A stretch of 52,601 nucleotides of DNA from Octopus bimaculoides. Its lineage: Eukaryota. Shown here one piece after another: positions 27,057 to 40,477 of the stretch (positions are counted from its first letter, which is position 1; each line of letters opens with the position of its first letter). The notes beneath the pieces were generated by a model. The model had not been told where the DNA came from. It saw only the letters and a list, made by a program, of their open reading frames with translations, and searched no databases. A program made the translations under genes and the position numbers. The stretch is from NCBI RefSeq assembly GCF_001194135.2, contig NC_068982.1, positions 161,013,580-161,066,180 of the forward strand, read 5' to 3'.

Positions 27057-27458
27057 TTCTTTCACTTGTTTCAGTCATTTGACTGTGGCTATGCTGAGTC
27101 AGTGCCTTGAGGGGTTTTAGGGGAACAAATCGACCCCAGGACTTATTTTTTAAGCCTATCACTTATTCTATTTGTGTTTTTAACTGAACCGCTAAGTTAC
27201 GGGGGCGTGCACACACCGACAACGGTTGTCAAGCGGTGATGGGGTGGACAAAAACACAGACACAAAGTCACCCACACATAAATGTATACATATACGACGG
27301 ACTTCTTTCAGTTTCCGTCTACCAAATCCAATCACAAATCCTTGGACGGCCTGAGACTATAGTAGAAGACACTCACCCAATGTGCCACGCAGTGGAACTG
27401 AACCCTGAACCAAGTACTTAGGAAGCAAGCTTCTTACCGCACAGCCACACCTGCGCCT
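27057..27458 (-). mobile_element. tRNA-derived SINE, family C (full length)
   Basis: Minus strand begins AGGCGCAGGTGTGGCTGTGCGGTAAGAAGCTTGCTTCC...GGTTCAG TTCCACTGCGTGGCAC; homologous to 39217-39388. Confidence 0.9.
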
Positions 27459-27512
27459 ATATATATAGAAGTTTCCACCAACGTAGCTAGGGTATTCCTG
27501 CCGCTATTCCAA

Positions 27513-28330
27513 AAACACTTCTCCAGAGGCCATAAGTATTACAAACACTTCAACCCCCATAATGTCAAGATGAGCCACTCCTGCTTAGACAACATCGCAT
27601 CTAATATCACACGTATCAATAGACGTAAAACTGCACTGCACCATCCCCAGCCCCAACCTGCAACCTCCGAAACTCCACCACGTGCCTTCTAGAAGGATCT
27701 GGCCTTTCAAGGGCCGTACTATACAGAGCCACCTTTACACCATCCGATGGCATTACTAGGCACTATACAAGTATGACAGCTAATGACTTCAAGGGAAGAT
27801 ACTCCCAGCATATGCACTCGTTCAGATCTAGGAGAGAGAGAACTCTACTTCCCTGTCTCGTTGTCTTTAGAGACTCCGTGATCCCCGAGATAAAACACCC
27901 AGCATCAAGGGGACTATTGTCGACAGAGAGCCACCATATTCAATCAGCACCCCCAACTGCCAGCTTTGCATCCGCGAAAAACTGCATATCCTCCAATAAC
28001 CTGCAGTATCCATCATCAAGAAATACGATTTATCTTATATCTCTCACCAGTGGTATGCACTTCTAGCAAATTTCAGGGCTCTAACTGCCTACAACCCGGA
28101 CATACCACCTTAGCACCAGTTGCTTCGCTGCACCGCCTGCACCAAGACCACCGCTACCAACTAACCCCATGAGCAGGACTACCAATTACCAATCCCCAAT
28201 GGTTACCAATTCCCAACGCTTATTAATCCCTAACGCTTGACAAACCTTATAACAGGGACCTTTTGAGCGGGATGGGCCACTTGACCTAAAGAAAATTCTA
28301 ACTGGACCTCACCTGTAAGTTCATGCGCTG
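27513..28330 (+). mobile_element. Penelope-like element 3' part (GIY-YIG endonuclease region and 3' repeat), decayed
   Basis: HFSRGHKYYKHFNPHNVKMSHSCLDNI, CNLRNSTTCLLEG, VLYRAT and YTSMTANDFKGRYSQHMHSFR follow the Penelope linker/GIY-YIG consensus order. Confidence 0.8.
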
Positions 28331-28836
28331 TTTATCTTGACATGAAGTCACCATGTCACATTCATATGGTTATGATATTTATACCTTGTGTGCTCTAACA
28401 AAACGGATAATCATGATGGGTATATTGGGCTTCGTATATTTGTACCCTAGTGTCACTTTGATGGCATGCATTGCTCTCTCACTGAATAATAATAATAATG
28501 TTATTTCAGACTACATTTATATATATATACATATAATTGAATAAATAGAATGAAGATTGAGTACGTTTAGACAGCTATTTAATAAAAACTATACATGCTT
28601 CAATACAACATAGATCCACATATACGCAGGATTTAAATTCAGCAACGGTTTACTGTATAATGGGATCCGGTTGTATCTCTTCAAGTGATATATATAATTG
28701 CTGTCTTCCCCGTTAGTAAATCTTTGACTTTGATGCTAACATATCCAACTGGTTCTTTTGAATCTAAACCTAGACTTGGAAGTATACCGTAATATTACCG
28801 GCTCTTTTGTAATTCTACGGGTGTAAATGTATATAA

Positions 28837-28869
<33 letters not shown>

Positions 28870-28870
<1 letters not shown>

Positions 28871-29560
28871 ATATGGGTACAGGACTTTACAAAACGTAAA
28901 CAACATGAAAGACGAAAACAACATGAAATACGTAGGCAAACTTGGGTATGCGAACAAAGAGAGAAACAAATGGAAAACAAGACAAGTAACATAAAGAACG
29001 ACCCTTCATCAGTTGTCGGTTGTTCATCTACTCCACAGTTCGAGGAATTAACGACAATATAAGGCTTCGGAAAACAGTTGCTCCGCGAACCAAAATAAGA
29101 TTTGGGATTTGCGGAGGGTCAAAATTGGTAACAAAAACAGGACAGTGGAGACATACAACACACCAAACGAAAACAAACATGGAGGGCCGTTAGGCCAGAC
29201 GAGGTAAGATACCGAACGCTTAGAACAGTATAAAAATAGAAGGCTACGTCACATGTATAGTACACATACAGCACATCGGAAGGTTTAAAGGCGATAATTC
29301 ACGGTAAGGAACGCCCAGGAGTAATCGTTTAAAGAAACATTTTGTTTTCAAGGGATGGTAACCGAATCCATAATAACCCTCTGCTTCCCTTCGTTAAAAC
29401 TTTAGATTTTCAATGACAAATTTTGCAATTCTCACTCCATATCACAATTACAAATTCAACCAATTTTTAATTCAAATGTAACCGCGGAGAGAAATGTTTG
29501 AAAGATCGAAGTTATAATTTTTCTCGTGTAAACACAAAATGTTTCTTCTCTCATATTTAA
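28870..29560 (-). mobile_element. Probable PLE-derived repeat
   Basis: CTGATGAAGG half-hammerhead motif on the minus strand (29003-29012) and PLE-like composition; no convincing peptide. Confidence 0.3.
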
Positions 29561-30239
29561 GATTTTTGTAAGTAGGGTTAATATTTTCTGCCCCTCGGTT
29601 ACACATAAAATACTATTAGTGCCACGCACGGTATATCACTTTTCATTTGCAGTAACACTTCATTATTTTATTGATGAGATGTGTTTTTCATCTGTTTTTA
29701 GGACCAAATATAATTTAATACTGAAGTAGAATTTACTCTAACATCTATATAGGAATAAAGGATATTCTATGCCTATTTGATTTTTAAAATGTTCCAGTTA
29801 ACTCGTTAAGTCTTTATTTTTTTCTGATTTTGCATCTACAGGTTTTACGTCAGCTCTTTATGCTTGTTCCTTCGACAAGCAGTTTTGTTAAACAGTGTGG
29901 TAGGACTTTCTTATATTTATTATATTTCTACATTTGCATTCCGGTTGAGCTGAATGTGCAACGTTTGAGGTTTTGATTAAATTTGTAGATTTATTATCTA
30001 TAAAGCACAAATAAATGTAGCTGACTTTCAACGAGTTCACTTGCGGTATAGCTATGCAACATCTCTGTGTATGTATTGTTGGTTATCAGTTAGCATATAC
30101 ATACCGAGTTGCTTTATTGCAATCCTCATGATACTATTTAATTCATGTATTTAGAGTTGACCCATAGATATACTTCAACGCTTACTTCTAAGTAGGTTCT
30201 GTCGAATGCATAGGATGCGACATTTAAAGTCTATTTGAA

Positions 30240-30720
30240 TCAATGTTAATATCTGTTACTTTGTTTTCGATCTATGTAGAAGAAGCCATAGATATAGACA
30301 ATTCTGGAATTTATTGGTAGTTTGGAGGGTTTTAATATAAATGGCCCAGATCTCATCTACTATCCAATCGAATAACCAAAATATTTGCATGAGTAGTAGT
30401 ATAGTAAACACACAGTGACACATTGATTTATTGTACATAGAGATTTTCTGGAACTATATAGGTTTAATGCAAATGCAATAGCTTCTGGTTACGTGAACTT
30501 TGTTACAAGTGCCATCATAGGATATATTTTTATCCTGCTATCTTTAATTTTCTTCCTCGGATACCGAAGACATAGTAATGTATTAACAGAGATGTTGTTA
30601 GAGTGGCCCGTAGTTTCTCTTCATTCTTCAATCGAGTAGGAATATTTATCTTTATCAAACTCCATCCTCATGTCAACTAAGAATGTCGTCACCAACTAAA
30701 AGCTTTTTATTCATACCATT
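30240..30720 (-). mobile_element. R4/Dong-type LINE RT fragment
   Basis: Minus-strand LVTTFLVDMRMEFDKDK matches LVTTFSKDVKLEFGQDK of the 14.5-20.4 kb copy. Confidence 0.7.
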
Positions 30721-31229
30721 CGTGCTTGCTTTTGTTTTGCTTTTATATATACATTGTTGTTTTGCATTTATATATACATAGTTTAAGGTCATGTACAAGG
30801 AAGCTCTGGGTTTTATTAATATTTTTGTCTTCCAGTGAGTCTGTTGTATTTATACCCTTCAAATTTCTCAACAATAAATATCAAGAGTTCACTGCATTAT
30901 AAACTTGCATTACAAATCTACAGTCTCCTTTGTAAATGTACGGTCTCTGCGATATTTTATCCTTTCAGAGACAATGGAATCACTCCCTCAGTTAAATTTT
31001 ATGTAAGCGATCTTTGATAAAGCCTCGTTGTCCCTGGATTTGATTATAGCGTCTGGAACTTTGACAAGTCGAATCCACGAGTGGTGAAAGTAACAGAATA
31101 CCCTCAAACTGACCCATAGGCAGTTAGTTACACCTCGGACATCACAATTTTAATGATTAGGAATTGCTCAGTACATCCCAAACACCGTTCTTTCTAGATG
31201 CTTTTTGGTGTAATAATAGTGTTCCACTT

Positions 31230-32085
31230 ACAGATTAAATTTGTAATCTGCGAATTAGCTGGTTGATTTCTTTTTCTGAAAACCCCATCTTATCCAGGTT
31301 GTCACTTGGTCATTTACGCACAAAACCAAGGGCACCAATTATTATGTGTGTAAAGGTAAATTTATATGGGTTTCGAAGATTAGTTCTTCGAAGAGATATT
31401 TATATCAGCAGGGCAGCTGACCTCTATGACGACATATTTTTCTTGTTTGCCCCAAACAACAATAGCTGGCATATTCTATTTGCTCTTAATAGAAGTTTTA
31501 ATGGGAATGTTCCATCAATATTCTTTGTGCTGATGTTTATGGATGTATTCAATGACGAGATGAGATCACTATATTTATCCTAGGATAGTCTTTTTTCTAA
31601 TGGCATTGCATATTTTTTTAGTGACAATGTCGTATTACATTGGGAGGTAGGAGTACGTTGATGACATTTTGGGGCAGGTGCTAATCAAATGTGTAGTATT
31701 TTCTACAAAAATGTGACAATTTACGTTGTCGGCTGTATCTTGGGCCTTTCGAGGGCTTCACTGTCTCTTTTGCATAAATATCTTGTAGCAGTCTCCTGTT
31801 CTTCAATTGCAAATGCATAACCTTCTAAGTGTGATGTAGTGGTCACTAGTTCAAGAGAGACTGCGTTTCATGTCGATATTACTGTCGTCTTCAAGCCTTT
31901 AGGAAACATGTTCATGCATACTCTCATTCTTGATACGCTGAGCGTTTCATAATCAGGTTCTCTTTGAAGTGTGCTGATCCAGTTGTTTAGGGATTATATG
32001 GCAAGTCGTCAGGAAGAAAGTGCTTCCTGAGAGGCTCACTGCCAACACGCAGAAAGTTGTTCTCATTGTTTTTCAGCTTTAGTTT
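31230..32085 (-). mobile_element. R4/Dong-type LINE Zn-knuckle/RLE fragment
   Basis: Nucleotide similarity to 19940-20440; peptides LEGYAFAIEEQE, VIEVSCPADIN and IIIGALGFV. Confidence 0.8.
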
Positions 32086-32569
32086 TATATATTTTTTAAT
32101 TATTTTTTACTAGGATTATTTTTAACACTTCTCTTCAATGGGCAGGGTCTGTTTCCAACCCAGATACTAAGCGCTTTGACTGGAGTTTAAACATCAAGTA
32201 GTCATGCATGTGTGTATGTATGCAGAGGTAGGTAGGTAGGTTGGTAGGCAGGCAGGTAGGCAGGTATACTCGCACGACAGATGGATGTTTCCGCGCAGGT
32301 TTGTATGTATGTTCATACATGCATGTCATTACAAGTGAGATTTGCATGATATTTTGACTTAAGCATGTGTATATATATACATATGTCTCTATGACTGTAA
32401 GTCTGTATATATATTTACTACAAACAATAGGCTGAATTTAGGGAATGTGTTACATGCTTTCACAGTTCGATTAATGGTTAGTTATTGCACTTGCCTCACG
32501 TCGTGACGCGTTGGATCACAACCAATTCAAGTTGAAAATGTTGAAGAGCGGCGGGAAAGGAAAAAATAT

Positions 32570-33260
32570 TATTTCGAACTTCATGCAATAAAATTCTTAA
32601 ATAATACAGTTCTCCTGCCTTTGGTGTGACAACATAAACACGACCAAGTGGTTCTTCTTTGAAAACTTTCGAATTGCCTCCAACATTTTTTGCTCGCTTT
32701 CTTCTTTGTCATTCTTTGTTACTACTGTTCCAAGTGAAATACATGGGTACTTCAACATAAAGTAATGTATTTGCAAAGTTACTGACGCACAATGAAAAAT
32801 ATTTTGTCAATGTTGTTCTCATATGTCGTTCACTGACAACCATATATATATCCTCATTATTTCTGAGCAATATTCTTTATTCATCTGGTAGATGGACTTG
32901 CAGTCTCACTATTGCAGGTGATCTTTCATGAACTGAAAATCCTAAAATGGATGCTTTGGATGGTCTAATATACCTACCCATTAGATATTGACTAATTTCG
33001 TGATCATTGTTTATTTGATCAGCAACTTGGTCATTTCTTTCCAGAGTTTACTTGACAACGTACATAATTGGCCTCACTGAGACAACGATTTCAACGTTGC
33101 AGTGGCATTTGAATACTCTTTAAAAAGTTTCATTATAAGGTACAAACTATTTGTTGTCGTTTGTTTTTCCTTTCTTATGAAATTCAACTCTTCCCATTAC
33201 AAATGATCTTCGTCTATAAAGAGATAGTCTCTCTGTCTGTTTTCCTACCTTTTGATTAAG
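32570..33260 (-). mobile_element. Helitron Rep/Hel coding fragment, decayed
   Basis: Minus-strand peptides in canonical order: LYRRR, FVPYN, FKCHCNVE, EISQYLMGRYI, GFSVHERSPAIVRLQVHLP, LLYVEVPMYFTW and LGRVYVVTPKAGELYYLRILLHEV. Confidence 0.9.
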
Positions 33261-33412
33261 ATGATAAAGATTAATATTTCATTTTAAGTAAAATAGTAAT
33301 TTCCCCCTTTAAGAAAAATAAATCAAGTGCCCATGATTCAAAAAATATCTCAAATATATAGGGAGACTTTCTTTCTTTCAGTCTACGGGACTCGAAAGTT
33401 GTATCAATGATT

Positions 33413-33484
<72 letters not shown>

Positions 33485-33525
33485 ACGAAAGAAAGAAAGA
33501 AAGAAAGAACGAAAGAAAGAAAGAA
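33413..33525. repeat. (AAAG)n microsatellite
   Basis: Directly visible. Confidence 0.95.
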
Positions 33526-33987
33526 AGGGAAAAGGACGAACAGCGGTAGCTATCAACGACTCATTGAAGAAATGTCGACATTTTCAATTTCATTTTTTTG
33601 TCTTAAAGGGGAAAATGACTATTTTATTTGTAATCTTTATCATCTTAATCAAATGTCAGGAAAACAAATTTTGAATTTTTGTATAGTATAGATTATAGGT
33701 TATTCCTCAGGTGTAGTACTTGCATTTTTTGTGTCTATTTACATTTATCTTTAACATTTTGTGAAGGTCTGCTAGACAACTGTTTCTACTACCCATCACA
33801 TTTTGGATCCTACATGATTAAGTGTGGTCTGCTGAGCTTACATTTTACAGTTGTATATACAGGAAAACAAGAATATTCTACCAGCATTTATCAGATTGTA
33901 TGCTCTTTACATCATTGTAACGTCTTGATTTTTGGTCTTTCAGGACTATCCTTTCTATGGATTGCAGGAGGTCACTACTTTATGTAG

Positions 33988-34225
33988 AGTCACGTGGTTA
34001 GTGGTTAGGGCATTAGACTCATGATCGTAAGATTGAGGTTTCGATTTCTGGACCGAACGACGAGTTGTGTTCTTGAGCAAAACACTTCATTTCACGTTGC
34101 TCCAGTCCAATCAGCTGGCAAAAATGCGTAATCCTGTGACGAACCGGCGTCCCTCCCAGGTGGGGAATATATCTGCCATGGTAACCGGGAAACCGTACCT
34201 ATAGGTCTATATGACTCGGGAAGGA
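33988..34225 (+). mobile_element. tRNA-derived SINE with V-domain-like core
   Basis: Pol III A/B boxes, then GTTGTGTTCTTGAGCAAAACACTT...CCTGTGACGAACCGGCGTCCCTCCCAGG...AACCGGGAAAC, resembling V-SINE cores as recalled; not searched. Confidence 0.7.
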
Positions 34226-34408
34226 AATTTATAACTACCTTATGCCTCATAGATAGAATGTATCATGATGACATTTTTAGACAGTCGTTTTTATCTGGGG
34301 GATATCTTCGTTATTAACTTCACAGAGTTAATTGCGGTTTCTAGCTTAACAACCACATCGTGGTTCACTTGTTGCTCGTTTTTACGTTGATTCTTTCGAG
34401 TTAACATC

Positions 34409-34800
34409 TGGAGTGGAGGCGCAATGGCCCAGTGGTTAGGGCAGCGGACTCGAGGTCATAGGATCGCGGTTTCGATTCCCAGACCGAGTCTTGTGAGTGT
34501 TTATTGAGCGAAAACACCTAAAGCTCCACGAGGCTCCGGCAGGGGATGATGGCGAACCCTGCTGTACTCTTTCACCATAACTTTCTCTCACTGTTTCTTC
34601 CTGTCTCTGCTGTGCCTGTAATTTAAAGGGTCAGCCTTGTCACACTGTGTCATGCCTGAATATCCCCGAGAACTACGTTAAGGGTACACGTGTCTGTGGA
34701 GTGCTCAGCCACTTGCACGTTAATTTCACGAGCAGGCTGTTCCGTTGATCGGATCAACTGGAACCCTCGACGTCGTAAGCGACAGAGTGCCACCAAAAAA
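34409..34800 (+). mobile_element. tRNA-derived SINE with Meta/Nin-like core (well preserved)
   Basis: A box TGGCCCAGTGG, B box GTTTCGATTCC, core CACTTGCACGTTAA and an A-rich tail. The superfamily assignment is from memory only. Confidence 0.75.
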
Positions 34801-35912
34801 CATCTAGAATACCACATAAGAATTAGAAGCCCACCTTCTTTCTAAAAGTCTAATTCGCTCTAAATACAATAAAAGAAAGCTCGATCGAGCAGAATGACAA
34901 TAGTTATTATACATGTATACTGATTGTGTAGATGGATTTAACACCTTTGTAGGCCTTTGTCAATATTATCTCAACTATTTCCCTCCCATAGATATCAGGG
35001 AAATGATGTGTGCAGAGGTACAACTGCTGCAGATTAATCAAATTCTTCTCGAATATCTCAAAGCCTATCCAATGAACAGCTCACCTCCGAATATCCTTTA
35101 ATGACATTGAGGAAAATTGTCGATCGTTTGTGTGTTTGTTTATTTAATTATTAGTTAGAAAGGGATATATGGTTAGTGGATTTTGCACTTCCATAAATAA
35201 GTTGGAGCGACTACTTTTGAATGAGAGAATAGACAAGTTCCTTTTTGCACATTTGCAGCAGGAATTATTTTGTTATTATTAATGTCTACAGAAAGAATCT
35301 GAGTTTTCTTAATTCAAATGAATTTACTATTACCATTTAGGTGATTGATAATTTTTATGATGCATTTGTATATAGTCAAAATAACAAATAAACTACTCTT
35401 ATCACTTTGCCTATTTTGTTATTGGTTTGCTTTTCAGATTGTGCCGTGACTGTTTAAGTTTCGTGTTAAGTACTTTTTTGTTGCTATGTCTGTATCTCTG
35501 TTTATTGGTTTTTGCCTTTGAATAAGTCTTGAAGTTTGTCGATTATTATTATTGTGTTTATCTCTGAAATTCTCTAAGGATTGGTAGAGTAGATCGTGTT
35601 TGACTTTCCTTTTGGTTTTGGTAATATTTTCGTTCTAGGTTTAGATTGATACCAACGTTGAGAAACGTAATTTAATCTGAGTTGAGTGTGTGCTATGGGA
35701 GATAAATTATCTTCGTGTGTCGGCACCTTGAGTTTACTGTTATAGAGTCTGTTCAGCTATTTTTATGTTATTGTTTCTTATTCAGCGCGAATAGGATGTC
35801 TGTGTATTATCAATAGCTGTAAGAATATTATTTAATAAATGATTTCTACTTGGTGATTTATCGATAGCTTTCTTGAAACGTAAAATTTCCACTTGTTGCC
35901 TATGTGTATACA

Positions 35913-36000
<88 letters not shown>

Positions 36001-36172
36001 CATCTTTATACGTATACATATACGTAAATTCTTATACGTACACATATATGAATTAGATATATTGATGTGTATTTATATGTATGTGATATCTGTCTGTCTG
36101 TCTGTATACATACATGTATGTGTGTGTGTGCGTGTGTGTGTGTGAATGTGTGTGTGTGTGTGTGCGTGTGTG

Positions 36173-36205
<33 letters not shown>

Positions 36206-36589
36206 ACATATGACGTAAACAATATATAATATATATATTTATTTATTTATTTATTCTGAATTGTGAATGCGCTGTTCAATTTACGTTTCTGTAATCATTC
36301 ATTGTAATTCTCAAATATAATTTCGCTATTTTTGTTTTGTCTTGTTTGGCTGTTCTATCATGCAATTCATATCTATGTACATGAGGAACAGCTTTTCTTT
36401 TCAAAATGTATTACTGGAAATACTACATATATCAGTATATCCTAAAACCACCAATAACTGCCATTGCATGAATGGATATAATGAATGCAGGCTTGGATAT
36501 AAAACGTCAGTCATAAAATATTTACTCAGCAGAACTTCCAGATTCTCCTCCACAAAAGAATCACCATTAAATATAGAATAACGCCAACC

Positions 36590-36790
36590 AGTGACATGAT
36601 GTTTAAGTGATGGCTCAGCCTACAAGGAAAAGCAGGTAACTCTATTTCAAATCATACCCTACTATATTTAAGTATTGTGATCCTGGGCGCCACACATATA
36701 GGAAAAAGATGTGATGGTCACGGTTGAAATGCTTTTGGTCATAGATCTACCCCGATCAGAAAGAAGCTTGGCACTAAACAACAACAACAA
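36590..36790 (+). repeat. Interspersed repeat family B with (CAA)n tail
   Basis: AATGCTTTTGGTCATAGATCT...TCAGA...CTAAACAACAACAACAA. Confidence 0.5.
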
Positions 36791-38056
36791 GAAAATATAG
36801 TAAATACTAAGCAATAGCAGAAATAGCTATTATATTCACTCAGCATTGCTATTGTCTCAGCACTACAATTTTCTCAACATTATCATTATACTCAACACTC
36901 CTGTTATACTCAGCACTACTATATCCCTTAAGACTGACATTCTTAATAATAACATTTAAAATACAAAATATTTTATGTGACAAATGGTGAGATTGGGTTC
37001 ATGTTTGTGTGTAACAAGTTTGTTTCGGACCTACTTGTTTTCGGTTACAGTCTCACTGAACAGTACTGATAATCTCATGTCAACCAAAGCTTTGGAAGTA
37101 GAGTAAAATTTGATAGATGGAAACTGCGTAGTCAGAGGAATCGTTCCTGTTTTGGGGCGGTAGATTCAATTCGTCGCTTGCTTTAAAACCACCACCTGGC
37201 TTTTTTGGTGTTTTAGTGAATTCAACCCTGTTACAAGTATTCGGACCAGATCTGAGCTCTGAATATAACATAATCCCTTCTTCCTATCAGTTAGAGATGT
37301 GTTGAAAAAACGTCTATGGGCATTTACAGTCTCCTTTGTAAATGTACGGTCTCTGCGATATTTTATCCTTTCAGAGACAATGGAATCACTTGCTTATGAA
37401 GAATATATCAACAGTAAAATATAATTCAACACTCGATAAGCAGATAACACTTCCGAGTAACAACCTAACATTTCCTCCTGTCAATGAAGAAACTTCGACG
37501 CAGTGGCTCAAAGTGCCAGAAATAACAGCCGCACTACATCTAAACGTTTCATGAAAAGACATGTAAAGCTGTCAGGAGTATATAAGTTATTCTAGAAGAT
37601 TACACAGAATGGTTATGGTTAAAAGAGCCTTTGATCATAGGTCTGTTTGTTTTATCAGAGCTTGTCTGGTGCAACAATAACAAAATCAGACGCTACAGCC
37701 AAACTAATTCACGATTGTTAAAAGGAATCTGAGGCGAAAGGTCAGTAAAATTTTGAGAGTTGAGTGATAACGAAAGAGAAATAGAGAGGATACCCTTCCC
37801 ATGATTCTCGTCTGCAAGACAACAGCCAATAAACGCTGATACTAAAATCAGTTCATCCAGAAGATAAGAGAAAAAAGATCTTGAAATGAAAGTCGATGAA
37901 TCTAATAAATCTATTGTCCCAAAGAAAATATAAACTAGTAATAAGGAAACAGAAAAATATTTCCTTAATAAAAAAGATAAAACTTGAACGCATAATACAC
38001 ACGCAAGTACACACACACACGCACACACATATACACATATACATATATGTATGTGC

Positions 38057-38111
<55 letters not shown>

Positions 38112-38957
38112 ATATACATATATGTATGTGTATGCAAAAAGCGAGCCCAGAAATAAACGTATAAACATATACACGTTGTGCCATTCACACTCATTACGTT
38201 TCCACGTATATGTAATGATACACATTATATACAAACATAAACAGAGGGAGCCTAATTTACACGCACAAACACACACACGTACATATGTATACATAACTCC
38301 AAACATAGATGTTGACTAACACATACATGCACAAACAGATCAAATATACACACCAACAAACATATGTACAGTTGCATATAAAAGTACAAAGGCTCACACA
38401 TTCAATCTCACACACATGAGCAATTCAATCTTTAGTACAGTTCTACTATATATACACACACATGCATGTAGTTCATATACAAATGATACATATATGTTCG
38501 CGTATATATACTGGCATAAATTTACTCATGAATATGAATCTCTCGACATACATATATACACAATTCTATCTAATCATATACGTTGACTGACATATGTAGT
38601 TCCATTTATACCTACATAAACCAATACACGGTTAGCCATTATTTTATGTATCTATACATTCACACATACACACACAAACACATATATATATATATATAGA
38701 TATAATGTCTATGTATATATGTATATATGTATACTTATCTATCTATCTTTCCGAGGAAGGAAAATAACCCAGAAACAATTGGTCTGCTGGTACTGCCAAC
38801 AGAAAGAAGGGAACGGTGAGCCCCCTTGCTTACAGTATGTCTCGGATACATATCATGAGTCGACAAACCAGCTGGAAAAAAAAGATGTTTTCCTGGGGTT
38901 AAAAAGTAGTAACATAGTCAAGTCTACCACATTATATTGGCAAATAAACTTTACTAT

Positions 38958-38988
<31 letters not shown>

Positions 38989-39020
38989 TACACACACACA
39001 CACATACATACACACACACG

Positions 39021-39051
<31 letters not shown>

Positions 39052-39216
39052 TTATATATATACACTCATACATATATGTGTGTGCCTGTACGTTTGATAA
39101 GTGCTAACTCACGAAGCTTTCGGCTCTTGACTCACGCTGTTTTGAATTCCATTCTTCCTGTTTGCATCAGCAAAACTATATATAAATGTGGGGAGGGGTC
39201 GTGTGTGTGTGTACAT

Positions 39217-39386
39217 GAGCAGGCGTGGCTCTGTGGTAAAAAGCTTGCTTCCCAACCACATGGTTCTGGGTTCAGTCTCACTGCGTGGTACCTTGGGTAA
39301 GTGACTTCTACTATAGCCTTGGGCCGACCAAATCCTTGTGAGTGGGTTTGATATTGATAGACAGAAACTAAAAAAAAGACTGTCGT

Positions 39387-39388
<2 letters not shown>
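39217..39388 (+). mobile_element. tRNA-derived SINE, family C (5' part)
   Basis: GGCGTGGCTCTGTGGTAAAAAGCTTGCTTCCCAACCACATGGTTCTGGGTTCAGT...CTTGGGTAAGTGACTTCTACTATAGCC. Confidence 0.9.
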
Positions 39389-39419
<31 letters not shown>

Positions 39420-39788
39420 NNNNNNNNNNNNNNNNNNNNNNNNNNNNNNNNNNNNNNNNNNNNNNNNNNNNNNNNNNNNNNNNNNNNNNNNNNNNNNNNN
39501 NNNNNNNNNNNNNNNNNNNNNNNNNNNNNNNNNNNNNNNNNNNNNNNNNNNNNNNNNNNNNNNNNNNNNNNNNNNNNNNNNNNNNNNNNNNNNNNNNNNN
39601 NNNNNNNNNNNNNNNNNNNNNNNNNNNNNNNNNNNNNNNNNNNNNNNNNNNNNNNNNNNNNNNNNNNNNNNNNNNNNNNNNNNNNNNNNNNNNNNNNNNN
39701 NNNNNNNNNNNNNNNNNNNNNNNNNNNNNNNNNNNNNNNNNNNNNNNNNNNNNNNNNNNNNNNNNNNNNNNNNNNNNNNNNNNNNNNN

Positions 39789-39838
<50 letters not shown>

Positions 39839-40001
39839 CTATGTGAGTTAGAGGTTAAACAACCATCTAAGGGATAATAAATATCCTACATACTACTGGA
39901 TGTATACCTATGTATTTATATCTAAATGCTTACTGTTGTAAAGCAATAGCGCAATTGAATAATAGGTATGAGTGGAGGTAAACAAAATTTTACCCGGAAT
40001 T

Positions 40002-40477
40002 TATAAGGCAAAGAAGCAAATGGAGAAGTTAATTAGTTGACAAATATCAGCTTACAAACATCAATTAAATCTATTTATTAATTACAATCATATGGATAAA
40101 TAAATAATAAGAATAAATGAGTGAATAAGATTTTACTCTTACAGCTGTTTCTACTTTGGGGTCCAGCAGGTCTAAGATGGCACATCATACCAATATTATA
40201 CAAATATTATACAGAGATTATACAAAAGTTGAACAATAAAAGTTGGGCAATAATTGAGCCCCAAAGCGTCATCAGAGAGTCCATAATAGTAAGAATCAAA
40301 CATGTGAAAAAGTAAAATAAAATAATAAAATAATAAAAATAGTAGTAGAAGTAAATTCTAAGATAATATCCAGAGGTTGTAAGACTACATCTCACTTCAA
40401 ATTAATGGATTTAATTGATGTTTGTACGCTGATATTTGTCAACTAATTATCTTCTCCATTTTCTTCTTTGCCGTATA
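40002..40477. mobile_element. MITE-like element with ~74-bp terminal inverted repeats
   Basis: 40002-40075 is the reverse complement of 40404-40477 with 5 mismatches; TA at both outer ends (possible Tc1/mariner TSD). Confidence 0.6.

Noticed and set aside
31263-31583. 106-aa plus-strand ORF
   Set aside because: Antisense shadow of the decayed Dong RLE.
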